Shown here one piece after another: positions 1 to 12,959 of a DNA stretch of 64,000 nt (positions are counted from its first letter, which is position 1; every line of letters starts with the position of its first letter). A program made the position numbers and the translations under genes. This DNA is from Octopus sinensis (lineage: Eukaryota), in assembly GCF_006345805.1 (NCBI RefSeq), contig NC_043000.1, positions 158,162,001 through 158,226,000 of the forward strand, in the 5' to 3' direction. The notes below the pieces were generated by a model. It did not search any database, was not told the origin of the DNA, and saw nothing but the letters and a program-made list of their open reading frames with translations.

Positions 1-579
1 TTCACATAAAATATTAAATGTAATCAAAATACACAACCCGCACATAAATTGTTTTATACTTATCATCACTATATAAAGTTTATACCTATCATCGCTATAT
101 GATTATAAAAAGAGAAAAAAATATTGAAAACTTAATAAAACAGAACTCAAGCCGTGTCAAAATTATTTGCCAATAGAAATGACAGTGCAAAACATTAAAA
201 TAAAACTCTTTAAAACGCACTCATAAAGTAGCTACAAATGAACATTGTGCTTTATGAAACTGATTGTAACTGAAAAAGCTTTAAAATTTATGATTCGACA
301 TATTACCATGATTATAAAAGCATCTGCTCTCTTAGGGAAGCTACTAACTCACAACAAATAGCAATTGCAACGTATGAAAGTAAAATAAAATATATAGTTA
401 GGAGAAAATTAGTGAACAGAAAATCCAGGGAATTCCTTAAAAGTCTAGACGAAGTAATATTGGAACATTTCTCAAAACTGCACGAGGTAAAGTTGACTAG
501 TTAAGAATCTCTCTTCATAATTCAGTGCTTGTTAGTGAAATTGGAAAGACGGAAACTCTGATGGAGCATGTATTTTCTT

Positions 580-660
<81 letters not shown>

Positions 661-686
661 TTATCTATCTATCTATCAATCTATCT
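580..686. repeat. (CTAT)n microsatellite
   Basis: Direct reading; explains the SIYL-repeat ORFs. Similar arrays at 1473-1575, 1905-2035, 16020-16105 and 63592-63685. Confidence 0.98.
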
Positions 687-1472
687 GTGCAGTGTCCAAC
701 AATTTCCGACCTGTGGGCTTGTGTCGAATAACTGCTGTCACGTGTGGGACGAGTCGGCTTATCAGCTGAGTCTATCGTCAATATTGTCACGCCTCCTTCC
801 TTCAAACAGGAAAGAAGAGCTATTTTCATCATCTTTGTGGCTATGGCGAAAGAATGCATCTGGTGGACGCGTCCGAAAGGATTGGAGAGAAACACTTTCC
901 GCTCTGGTCAATCTCTCATCAACTTCTTCAAGTACCACTTGAAAAGGAAAGTGAGAGTAGAGAGGCAAGTTTTGTCTAGCGAATGTTTTAAAAAAAGATG
1001 GGTGAATGTAGCAAGGATGCACGTATGAATGACGAAGCCACCTTTAGCATAATCCTATGAACCCAGAAATTGAAAACAGAGGGTTACCCACTTGCAAACA
1101 AATGTGGTAACATATAACAATATTGACCGAGGTTACCGTGTTCTTTTTCGTAGGCTTTTCTTCCCACGGATAAACCTTATCTGCTTCCCCCTTTACACCG
1201 TACATCATGACACTGTGATACATGATCCCTATTGATCGTTTTTTTCCTCTTCCCCTTCTTTCTTCTTTTTTCCCTTTTCTTTTCTTTTGTTTCTTTTCCT
1301 TTCTTTTTCCTTTTTTTCCCCTTTTACGATCCCTTTTGATCGAAAACCTACGCCCCTTTTTTTCGTTTTATTTTGTTTCTTTTGTTTTTTGTTTTTTTCA
1401 TCCCCCAAAAGAAAAGCTCTACTTTGTAACTTGTCCCATCTGTGTGCAGCCCTGTGTGGCCAATAAATAAAC
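687..1472 (+). mobile_element. 5'-truncated L1/Tx1-type LINE: ORF2 C-terminus plus 3' UTR
   Basis: VQCPTISDLW then ...AKECIWWTR...F...FKKRW* resembles the CCHC/W-rich tail of L1/Tx1 ORF2; pyrimidine-rich 3' UTR; AATAAA at 1462-1467; flanked on both sides by (CTAT)n. Confidence 0.7.
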
Positions 1473-1487
1473 TTATCTATCTATCTG

Positions 1488-1564
<77 letters not shown>

Positions 1565-1595
1565 ATCTATCTATATATATATATATATTATATTG

Positions 1596-1903
1596 GTAGA
1601 GAACATGGAGACTGGTACATCCTCGGAATTTATATCGTCTTACTTTATACTTTTACACCACTTATTGTTATGGTCTTTATGATCTCCACGTGTTTCCATT
1701 GCACAGATTGCGTACAGTTGCAGATGCAACCTGGCAGATTTTTGATGTAGCTTCTTCAGGATTTTATCCATTTGGCTAGTTTCGAAGCAAACCGAGTGGA
1801 GTTAGTTGTGTATTAGTTAGGGTTTTGAAACTGTAATCCAATCCGTTTGCAGGCTTGCGCACTTGACCTCAGATTCACACGAGTTTTTGTCCGAAGTCAG
1901 AGT

Positions 1904-1973
<70 letters not shown>

Positions 1974-1974
1974 G

Positions 1975-2015
<41 letters not shown>

Positions 2016-2074
2016 CCAATATATCTGTCTATCTAACTGTTTCTCTATCTACCTATCAGTATGTATGTACGATT

Positions 2075-2105
<31 letters not shown>

Positions 2106-2466
2106 CGTGTTTAAATCAGCCTTGACCAAATTAGACCGAACCCTGACTTCGGACAACAACTCGTGTGAATCTGGGGTCAAGTGCGCAAGCCTGCAAACGG
2201 ATTGGATTACAGTTTGAAAACGAACACCCTCCCCCAAAACCCTAACTAATACACAACTAACTCTACTCGGTTTGCTTCAAAACTAGCCAAATGGATAAAA
2301 TCCTGAAGAAGCTACACCGAAAATCTGCCAGGTTGCGTCTGCAACTGTACGCAATCTGTGCAATGGAAACACGTGGAGATCATAAAGACCATAACAATAT
2401 GTTGTGTAAAAGTATAAAGTAAGACGATATAAATTTCGAGGATGTACCAGTCACCATGTTCTCTAC
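1596..2466. repeat. ~310-bp inverted repeat (arms ~1596-1905 and ~2137-2466) around a (CTAT)n/(GT)n spacer
   Basis: The arms are reverse complements; the same peptide REHGDWYIL...CFHCTDCVQLQ appears in ORF 1442+ and ORF 2312-. Confidence 0.9.
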
Positions 2467-2590
2467 TGTTATAATTATTGACCAGATATACTCCAGACAG
2501 TGAATCGAACACCGAATTGCCCATCAGAAGAACTTACAACGTATGTGATAACTTCTAGTAGCCATAGACGCTAAATACTTATCGATGCGG

Positions 2591-2720
2591 TTAGCCGTAA
2601 ACTTGAACAAAACTGAAAGCCACCACGGCATCCGCTCGGATGATGGATCAGTGTGTGCAGTGATCCATCATCAGAGCGGATGCCGTGGTGGCTTTCAATT
2701 TTGTTCAAGGTTACGGCTAA
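2591..2720. repeat. 60-bp-arm fold-back palindrome containing the 5' half of a hammerhead
   Basis: Arms 2591-2650 and 2661-2720, 10-nt loop; the minus strand reads CTGATGA-TGGATCA-loop-TGATCCA. Confidence 0.9.
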
Positions 2721-3969
2721 TAATTCTTATTACGCTAATGTCACTTCGGGGTAGTAAATGGGTGTGAAGTATATAAGTATATGTATGTTTGTGTATGCAT
2801 ATATGTGTTCATATGTATATATACACATACATTTATACATACACACACGCGCACACATACAAACACACATATGTGCAAATATACTCCAACGCCCTGCATT
2901 TTTTCTTCTTTCGAAGAAGTCAGTCTCGACCGGCAAACTATTGCACGGCATGCAAATAGCTGGTTTCAGTTAAGCGACGCTCGGGCATCTTTCTAAAGCG
3001 AGACATTTCACTAGAGTTTGCAGTCTTGGTTGCTGAAGATTCCTTGATTTTGTTATAGGTTATGATTTCATACAGAGTTAAACATAGTCTTTATTAAACA
3101 TACTGAGTATGATTTGCACATACATACTCACAAATACAACTCATACACATACACGCACATGCAAAACACACACACCACACACACATATTATGTAGCTGTA
3201 TGCAATCCTCGTTTTACATGGCAAAAGCCATACAGTTCTCGTGGAGCTCTGTAATATATTTGGATCTATCTAGCGGCAAACCGCTATTGAACACAAAATA
3301 TGCGCTTGTAGGTTACTATTGTTATAACTTAGAAAATTACTCATAAGCAATAAAGTAACATATTGTTTACATGCAAACAAATAAGGATAACGTTTGAAAT
3401 GAAGGTTACAGTGAATTTTCATCCTTCAGTGCTTGAATAATCGATAGAAGGAAATCAAAGGCACTGTCTACTTCAAGCGAAACTCCCGGAAAAATGTCCT
3501 GAAACATTAACAATATTATTAAAACAACTTGAACCGTGCGGTTTAGATTTGAAATTGGCCCATTTCATAAATGGATAAACCAGTAAAGGACGAATATACC
3601 GAACGTTGCATGTAAATCATGTTTACAAATATTGTCTTTAGTTTTGTCTTTCTCTTATTAAAAGAAGAATTTCAGTTAATTACTAATAATGAATAATTAA
3701 TATAATTAATTAATGGTAATTATAATTTGTAATTAATTAGTATTTATTTATGTATTATTAATTATTAAATCTTCATTTGTAAATAATAATTATTTATTAT
3801 TTAGCAATTATTATTCTTTCTCTACGGTGAACTGAGCATATTGAACAAATCGGTGCATTTGTTCAGATATATTAAATCTTGAGTTCAATCCACCCATGGT
3901 TAACTTTGGATATCAGTATTTCGAGGTTGATATATATCGTAATATATCATGTGACAGTTATTCGGTTGC

Positions 3970-4032
3970 CATAATGAAACTCCGATTTCGGATGTCGGGG
4001 CGGAAACCTGCTCCGGCATCTCTTCAGTTATC
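3970..4032 (-). ncRNA. Degenerate hammerhead-like motif, possibly an inverted pseudo-LTR upstream of the PLE
   Basis: Minus strand: CTGAAGA, long imperfect stem GATG...CATC, then CGAAA; stems I and III pair poorly. Confidence 0.4.
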
Positions 4033-4049
4033 GAGTCAATCAAAATATG

Positions 4050-4466
4050 CTATGAAAATGACAGTTAAAATCATTAGCAAAAGAACTTCTAGCCTCCCCT
4101 CCGATAAAGGCATTTTTAAAAGCGTTGTCCCAGTATATAATAAAGCTCTAAAAGATAGTGGATTTAGCGAGGAAATAACCTATACACCTGTCACCAGTTC
4201 AATAATAACGAAAAGGAAACATAAGAATACTCTTTTACTCTTTTACTCTTTTACTTGTTTCAGTCATTTGACTGCGGCCATGCTGGAGCACCGCCTTTAG
4301 TCGAGCAATTCGACCCCGGGACTTATTCTTTGTAAGCCCAGTACCTATTCTATCGGTCTCTTTTGCCGAACCGCTAAGTGACGGGGACGTAAACACACCG
4401 GCATCGGTTGTCAAGCAATGCTAGGGGGACAAACACAGACACACAAACACATACAAACACACACAC

Positions 4467-4541
<75 letters not shown>

Positions 4542-5310
4542 TACGACAGACGTCTTTCAGTTTCCGTCTACCAAATCCACTCACAAGGCATTGGCCGCCC
4601 CGAGGCTATAGTAGAAGACATTTGCCCAAGATGTCACGCAGTGGGACTGAACCCGGAACCATGTGGTTGGTTAGCAAGCTACTTACCACACAGCCACTCC
4701 TGCACCTATAGGAAAACTATCTGGTTCGCACCCCCTTACTCCCCCGAAGTGACCTTTAATATAGGTAAGTATTTCTTAGCGCTGATAGACATTTTCCAGT
4801 CAATCATAGTTACAGAAAGCTCTTCAACAGACATAACTTAAAAATCGATTTCAGCTCAATTACTAGTTTTAAAAATATAATCGCACATAACACACAAAAA
4901 CCACAAAATGAAACCGGTTGTTCATGCAGGGATAATATGTGTGCCCTTTAAATGGAACTTGCATTCCGAGACCATCATTTATAAAGCCTGTGTAGACTCT
5001 AAAACCACCAAGGACACAGTTTGGACAAAGAAATATTTGGGCCTTATAGAGGAGAAATTCAAGGCCTTGAGCTGGGATAACAGGAAAACGACCAAATTAT
5101 CCAGTCACATATGGTCCTTAAAGGATAAAGGTGTCAGTTACAACATGTACTGGAAGATCTTAGCAAAGTGGAAGCCTTACATCAACAGCAGTGGAAAGTG
5201 AGGTCTTTGTGATATGGAAAGTGGCTTATCTGGAAAAGCAGCTTAGACCCCGCTACATGTCTACATTCAAGAAGTGAACTTGTTGGTCTATGTTCACATG
5301 TGGCTAAAAC
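4050..5310 (+). mobile_element. Penelope-like element fragment (RT thumb, linker, GIY-YIG), Hydra-like, split by a SINE
   Basis: ISKR.S.L...IF....P.YNKALKDSGF; RKTIWFAPPYSPEVTFNIGKYFLALID; IIYKACV...YLG..E.KFK; TKLSSHIWSLK...W.IL; frameshifted. Confidence 0.8.
4228..4707 (-). mobile_element. tRNA-derived SINE family A, full length
   Basis: tRNA-like head on the minus strand (TGGCTGTGTGG...GGTTCAGTCCC), internal (TA)/(CA)n, (GAGTAAAA)n tail; probable TSD ATAAGAA/ATAGGAA at 4221-4227 and 4708-4714. Confidence 0.9.
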
Positions 5311-5879
5311 TTTTTTTTCGTTTTTGGTCCCACAAGATCGCATTTTACACATTTTTTCTGTATTTTACCTTTCACCTTGTATTTTCTTTTGCATATGCGT
5401 ATATAGACGTGTATATGAAGATTTTGTACGAGCGTGTGTGTGTGTGCGTGTGTGTGTATGCGTGTGTGTGTGCGTGTGTGTGGATAAGTATATATGTACG
5501 TGTATATGTACATGTGTATGGTTGCATATATACGAGGGTGTATATCCGAATATTCCACGTGAGTGTGAGTGAGGACATGCACATATACATTGTACGTACT
5601 TTAGACGTATATTTGAATATAACTGTACGCGTATGGGTATGTGAACGTGTGTGTGTATATGCGCGCGTGTATGCGGATATAAATATATGTGTACATCGTG
5701 CGTGTGTGTATGCGTGTGTTGGGGTGTACAAATATATATGTGCATGTGTATGGTTGCATATGTATGTGGGTGTACATGCATGTGATCCACGCGAGTTTGA
5801 GGGAGCATATAGCATGTGTGTATTTTTTTTTAACTAAACATTTTGAAGCTTCCGATTCTGGCAGAATGTGTCTCATAGA

Positions 5880-6430
5880 ACAGGGTTTACATTCACATGG
5901 AAAGTGACTGACTGCACATCAGTGTTTCCTTGAGAATTGATTTCCAGATCTCTGATCCTCACAAATACCTCTGTTTTTTTTCTGGGGACACTATCAGCCT
6001 CCACCCATTGACATGCTATTATAGCGCTGGCCACCTCCCATGCCATGGTGCTCTCAATGATATCATAAAGCATAGCCTAGACTTCACTGGCTTGCCTTTC
6101 CAACCCGAGCCAGCACGTTTGGACAGAGGGGACGCTAAGATGCCAGACGGCATAACTAATTTCTGTTCGCGGTGATAGGGCCCTCATTTGGGGTGTTACA
6201 TATTGCAGTGCATTCTGCAACACCTGATGTGCCCATCTGACGAATTGTGACGATATTGTCTCTGGACTAGGCATCCTTAATCGGTGCATGTATGACAATC
6301 TGCAAGTACTATCCTGTCAGTCGGAGTAACCGTTTCAGCGCATCTCCTTCGCCATCTTCCGGGGCAAAGCAACTCTATCTTGTCCGGCGGGACCATGAGG
6401 TGGACTGGCTAGTCTCTTAACTTACAGACG
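5880..6430 (+). mobile_element. CRE-like non-LTR retrotransposon, RLE endonuclease fragment
   Basis: H.L.C...GH..CH.ALNDIIKHSL...G.P...EPARLDRGDAKMPDG.T matches the CCHC plus RPD motif region of CRE-clade elements. Confidence 0.65.
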
Positions 6431-7989
6431 TTGCATATCTTTAAAAAAGAACTAACAAAATATGCCTCTCTATTTTCTCTACTGATGAGCTAACAAGGAA
6501 GATATCTATGTGGAGGCATGACAAGCAACAAATGGAGAGGCTTTAAAAATAAGTAAACATTAAAGAGTATGATAAAGAGAAGAAAAAGAAAAGAAAGAAC
6601 AAGGGCTACAGGTAATAATGTTAGGAAGATATGACGTGTGCTATGAATATTACACTCAAGAATTGTACATTACTTAATTAAAACTCCAAATCAAAAGAAT
6701 TTCAATATTGAAAATAATTAAAAAGAAAGTGATCAAATTGTCCTTGCAAAAAATCCTAACCCAGGGTAGGCAAGTATATATAGAGAAAAAATGAGATTTT
6801 TAAAATATCGATGATTGCAAAAAGTTATTGCGTCCCTCTGTCTGCTCAATTCATGGTGCCTATCTTTCTTAATACCTCGATAGATTCTTTGCTACATGAA
6901 TCACGCACAAACACGCACGCAGACACTGACACACACACCCGTACACACATACACACATATTATATATATATATCTATAATATATATATATATATATATAT
7001 ATTATATTATATATACACACGTAATAAATATATTTGGAAAGCGTTGCCTTTGTTTAAATGAATCATATTGTTCAACCATATAGACATGACTTTTATAAAA
7101 AAAAGTAAATAAAAGTATATAATTAACTGGATGTTTTATTCTTTTGTAGTAATATCACACAATGAAAATGAAGCTTTTTTTATAGATAAGATGAAATCCT
7201 ATGGCATAAAGAATTTGTCAAATCTCGTTATTCGATAACAAAAACGAGCTAACAAATGAATATTTACACGATCGTTGGAGCTGTTAAATATAACTGCTTG
7301 GTTTCCCCAAACTTTACCTTAGTGCTCAATATATGGGAGACCATAATTACTAGTGGAGTTCTGATCATATTATGTCGGAGACGAACGCGTTATATCCGCT
7401 GCATTATGGCACATTTGAACAATATATATCAAGTACAAAGATAACAGTTCAATATCACACGCTGAGTAAATACATATGGGTTGACTGCATCTGAAAGAAA
7501 TATTGAAACCATTGAAAATATTCTTTTATTCTGCTATGTTTCAGCCCTAAGACTGTGATCAGGCTGAGACACCGCCAGTGTGATCACATTTTAAATGGCC
7601 AATCTTATGTGATTGGCTTTTGATGAAGGAGGGAGTTCAACACTGCTGCCCTCTTTTGAGTTTCCTACTTTGATATTGGTTTCTTGAAAACATCTACTCC
7701 CTGTCCACGGAGAACCCTCGAATGTTTTCGCAAGACGTTAAATAACTGTAGGACCTTATATGGATATAACAAAGTGATATCAGCAGACATACAGTGAGGT
7801 AATACAAAACATGAGGGTACAATCAAACAAGCAAGGAACTTGAAATAACAACAGACATTAAGGAAGAAGTGCAGAAGAATAAGAGATACATCCTTTCTAA
7901 CAAGTATATGTGTGTTCACATAATGAAGTTAAAAGACCGAAGGTGAACCTCCGCAACAAAGTAATTTTGGAGCTGGAATAATAAAAATG

Positions 7990-9150
7990 GCGTGGGAGGT
8001 ACCCCAAGAAACAAGAATTTTGAAATATTATTTGATTCACTTAGTTTTACACGTATGCACTTTTATCGCATTCAAAACATTCTCCATTTGAAGCAATGTA
8101 GCGGTAGAGACACGTTTTCCCCTGTTCAAAGCAGACCTGGATCTCTTGCAAAGTGATGCCTTTTAATGTCTCCGTTTGTTTTTCTTCATCTCTTTCACAT
8201 TTGTAAAACATTTTCCTTTAAGGACCTTTTCATTCGGGGGATAACAAAAAATTTGCAAGGAACATGATCGGGTGAATAGGGACGGTGTTTAAGCGAAGTC
8301 AAGCTGCTTTTCGCAAACACTGTCTCACACTCAAGACGGTGTGCGCAGACGCATTGTCGTGATGAAAATACCACTCTCCACTTCTCTACAAGTCGAGGCG
8401 CTTTCGCTTCAGCGCCTCTCGAAAATGCTTCAGAACTGTCAAGCAAAATATCTGATAAGCAATTTGACCAGGAGAAACAAATTCTGTGTAGACAATTCCT
8501 TTCGCATCGCTGAAACAAATCAACATCATCTTGACGCTGGACTTCACTTCACGCGCTTTTTTGGAGCGTCGTGAAATTGAATGCGTCCATTGATTTGATT
8601 GCTGCTCTGTTTACGGGTCATAGCCGTATCACCAGCTTTCGTCACCAGTAATGATCTTCCTTTAAAAAGGACCGGATCAACTTCAAACTGTTCTTTCAAT
8701 TCACGAAATGAATTCAGTCATGGCTGCTTTTGATTTTTCGTGAGCAAGCGAGGCACAAATTTTGCTACAACTCTTTTCATTCGCAAATCCTCGTTCAAAA
8801 TTCGTTGACTGGAGGCTCCAGGACACACTAGTCATATCAACAAGTTCGTCATTTTTCGGTGACGGTCCTCCAAGATCAGTTCATCAATTTTCGTGATGTT
8901 TTCATTCGTTTGAAAGGTCGTCCTGAATGACGTTGGTCTTCAAGCGTCAAGTGTCCATTCCAAATGTTTGAAAGCCACTCGTAAATTTGTTTTGCTCATG
9001 GTAACGCCATGAGAACTGTTTCGGCAGACGTTTCCTCCAGGAGAAAACAAAGTTTCATGGGAGCTCGCTGTTCCTTCGTTTCAGCCATCGCAAAAATCGA
9101 ACAGGGGAGAAGACCTGCAAAACAAAACACTCTACGTGGTAGTAAAATAT
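7990..9150 (-). mobile_element. Degenerate mariner transposon
   Basis: Minus-strand motifs IITGDESW..GYDP (~8615-8660) and HRPYSPDHVPCKFF.IPRMKRSLK; many lesions; ends approximate. Confidence 0.8.
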
Positions 9151-9347
9151 CAATAGACAATGCCTGTTGCTTAAGGGTCGCATCAAGTGGTTTCTAGCGG
9201 CGGGAGCCTGTCCTATCACAAAAATTACACACAACGTAAGATGAAAAGCTCGTGCATCTCTAAGCCGAGACGATATGGATAACGCTAAGCGAAATGAAAA
9301 TGCCTCCTGTAGAAGGGACAGATGGAAAAAGTGAACGGTATATATAT

Positions 9348-9490
9348 TCGACTTTGCCTTTCATCCTTTCGGGGTCGATAAATTAAGTACCAGTTACGCA
9401 CTAGGGTCGATGTAATCGACTTAATAGCTATGTCTGTCCTTGTTTGTCCCCTCTGTGTTTAGCCCCTTGTGGGTAATAAAGAAATAGGTA
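9348..9490 (+). mobile_element. SINE family B, 3' part
   Basis: TCGACTTTGCCTTTCATCCTTTCGGGGTCGATAAATTAAGTACCAG...GTAATAAAGAAATAGG is shared with the copies at 30125 and 61740. Confidence 0.9.
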
Positions 9491-9514
9491 TATATATTCG
9501 TATGTATATATGCA

Positions 9515-9680
9515 TGTATAGTTGAAATTTACAGAAAAACAAAAGCCGAAGACAGGGGTATGAACAACAAGCAGGTGTATTACTTTGACGTTCGGGAAAG
9601 AGCCTACGCTCTTCAACAGAAAGGAATAAGAGAAAATAAACAGAGGGAGAATAAAAAATCTTGTAAATTTAGCGTACTTT
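9515..9680 (-). mobile_element. Internally deleted copy of the hammerhead-bearing pseudo-LTR-like repeat also at 32570-33020
   Basis: Minus strand reads CTTTCTGTTGAAGAGCGTAGGCTC, matching 32902-32925. Confidence 0.65.
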
Positions 9681-10646
9681 AAATTACTGTTACTGAATAT
9701 TTCTCTTTGAGAGATTTAGAAGTAATTATGTTTCTATTTATTAGATTAGTAACTGCGCGTCACTTAGAAAATTATATATATTTTCGGACGGGAATTCAGC
9801 AGCGCTGTCTAGCCAAGCAGGTACTCTGTGCTGAGAAAGGGCAATAACTCAGAAACCGGTCCAGAGAAGTTGATTTGTGCTGGGTGGGACTGCTGAACTC
9901 CCCTGTTCGAAAATATATGGACAGAGATATTGTGTTGTATAGCCAGCTGAAAACGGCGTCTCCTGGGTCTCAACAACAGTAGCAATCGTCCCATCCAGGA
10001 CGACCACATTATGTTGGAAAATAGTCTATAGTTTATATACATAACAACATTTTTTACAGAAACACGAGTAAAGGTTTGAAAAAGTCTTCTGTAGTGCGGA
10101 GAAAAAGCCCTCCATTTTTTTTGCTCTCGGAAATCCTTCTTACAAAATTATTCATGATTTTCAGCATTTGTGACCCCTACTTATTTTTATAAATTTAAAC
10201 ATATTTTAATATTCTTGATTCTCATCCTTTTATCACATTTTATATGCCACCCTCTCTTTTGTTTCTAAATTCCCAGCATTCCGTTTCATTATCCTCTCAC
10301 TTTGATCGGCGTATTCCATGCAAACACATCTTTGTATACGCCCTCTCCTTCTCCTTGCCCCATTTTTCTTTATCTTCTTCCACTTCTACTTCAAAAGTTT
10401 CCTTTTTAATTGCACTTTTAATACTACCAATCTATTTATTCGCAACCGCCAAATATATATATATATCACTGATAAAAGGCGCAATGCCCAAATATATTCT
10501 CTGAATATAAATATAAGCATTGACGTATAAAGGTAGATAAAATATATATAAACGCAAAATTCATATATATATATAAACATATGTGTATATAAGCCTATAA
10601 TGTATATGTATATATACATGAATACACACACACACATACACACAGC

Positions 10647-10689
<43 letters not shown>

Positions 10690-10848
10690 CTATATGCCTT
10701 CAACTACATTTATAGACAGACATAGGCATAGACAACAGGTTGCAATATATATAGCTTATCTTTATACTGATCGTGAAATATTTGGCAGAATATTTAATCG
10801 CCATAATACTTCAAGGATACATACATGCATACGTACATACATATATAT

Positions 10849-10879
<31 letters not shown>

Positions 10880-10953
10880 CTACATACAAATATACATATA
10901 TAATGTAAGTGTATATATATATATATATATAGTATATATAATCTATCTATCTA

Positions 10954-10993
<40 letters not shown>

Positions 10994-11910
10994 ATATGTA
11001 CAAACACGCACATAGTTACAGACAACTACTCTCAGTTTAAATACATATATATATATATATATATATACTACCATATATTTACTAAGTGGTGTTGCATACA
11101 TGCGCAAAAAAACCCACATATACAGAGATATCTACGTTCTTCTTATATATATACATACATATAGACATCTATGAATAAGGCCGATCATTCTACACACATA
11201 TACTATCTGTATAGCAGTGTTAGCTGTATACATACTATGGCACGCATATAAACTTGTATGTTTCATACACACACACGCTTATACACACATACACACAAAC
11301 ACACACACACACACACACATATATTTATATGTGGTCGTTGGTTGATATGCATAAGATTATTTTGAATTATATGATATCGTGTGGTAAATCCACAGACAAT
11401 ATCTCTAATGATTAGTTGTTTTCTAACAATTATAAATAGATAACTTTATGAATATCATAAAAGGGAAGCAAATTTCGTAATTAGATGTCGGATGTACTTT
11501 TGAGAATATACGTTGAATTTGGATGTATTGATATTCGTATATATATGTAAGCATATATGTGCGTGTAAGTGTGTTATAAATTCTATAGCTGTGGTAGTAA
11601 TGTAGATGTGAATATGTTACATCTATGGTTTCCCTTATAAAAATGTATATATGCTGATGTCTCTTGGAAATTAATGCCGGGGTATGTTGGTCAACTCTGA
11701 TAAAATGTAAATGTTTCACTTATCTATCTATCTACGTATCTGTCTATTTCTTAGATCTGTCTGTCTGTGCTGCTAGTCACTGTACATGTATGTATGTATG
11801 TATATATATACATACATATTTTTATATATATATATATTAATTATATATATATACATACATACACACACACACATATATATATATATTTAAACGGACATAA
11901 TACATACATA

Positions 11911-11977
<67 letters not shown>

Positions 11978-12428
11978 AGAGTATTTGTCTTATCTTTTGT
12001 TACATATTCGAAAATCAAATAAGGTTTTTCATTTACAAAAATTGCTTAATGCTGTTCATTACTTATTCAGTCTGCTGAAAAATACCTAGAATTTGCCCTA
12101 TTTATAATTATACCATGTTACATATTTATTATGTCATACCTTGATACTGTGTGAACTAAGATCCCCGTTCACAGGCCGGTATTTAGAGTGTTAAACATTT
12201 TCATAGAGTAACTGCTGCATTTGTTGAGTATAGAAACAGTTTGGAGACTTGTTTCTCTGAAGAATGTCAGAATGGGCTAGACGCCTGGGATGAGAATATA
12301 ATACAGTTCAAAAAATTGATTGAGGTTGTTCATCACTTTATTTCAGTCTGTGGGGAAAGAGCAAAAAATTTGCCCTATTTATAATTATAACATGTTACAC
12401 ACACGCACACACACACACACACATATAC

Positions 12429-12502
<74 letters not shown>

Positions 12503-12519
12503 GTGTGTAACATATGGTA

Positions 12520-12806
12520 TAATTATATATAAGCGAGATTCTGTGTGTTTGTTCGTTTGTGTGTTCACCCAAATAGATGTAAATGGTTCAAGGGAAGTTA
12601 TTATTCTTTTTCTACATCACCTGCTACGATATTGCATAATTTTTTCGCCACAGAAATTATGCAATGTTACATCAATAATTGTGCACAAACCTTTGAGGAA
12701 CTGCTTTGTGGCAAATATTCTCACTGGGTGTAGTAAAGGTGACACTGCCTTCATTTCTCCCATACTAGTCATTCCAGTTTCTGGAGAGATTACACCTTTT
12801 CTTTAG
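12520..12806 (+). mobile_element. Helitron relic with PIF1-type helicase C-terminal fragment
   Basis: PQKLCNVTSIIV...NCFVANILTGCSKGDTAFISPILVIP....PF resembles the Helitron consensus PKLCNGTRL...ILTG..KG..VFIPRIP..PF. Confidence 0.7.
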
Positions 12807-12959
12807 GGGCTTATTATTTTCTACATCGTAAACTAAACATTATGAACATAGAAGAAATTATACAGTAATCTCTATTATTGTAAACAGCTGTATGTATATG
12901 TTATATAATTGCAATTATTGTATTTATAAGTAAAATAATACTTACAATTCATATATTAT

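Noticed and set aside
2303-2345. Hammerhead in the 1596-2466 inverted repeat (CTGAAGA...GAAA)
   Set aside because: Stems I and II do not pair and there is no valid NUH triplet.
9775-9918. Inverted pair of CTGCTGA...GAAAATATAT motifs
   Set aside because: Short and imperfect; stem I cannot be formed, so not called a ribozyme.
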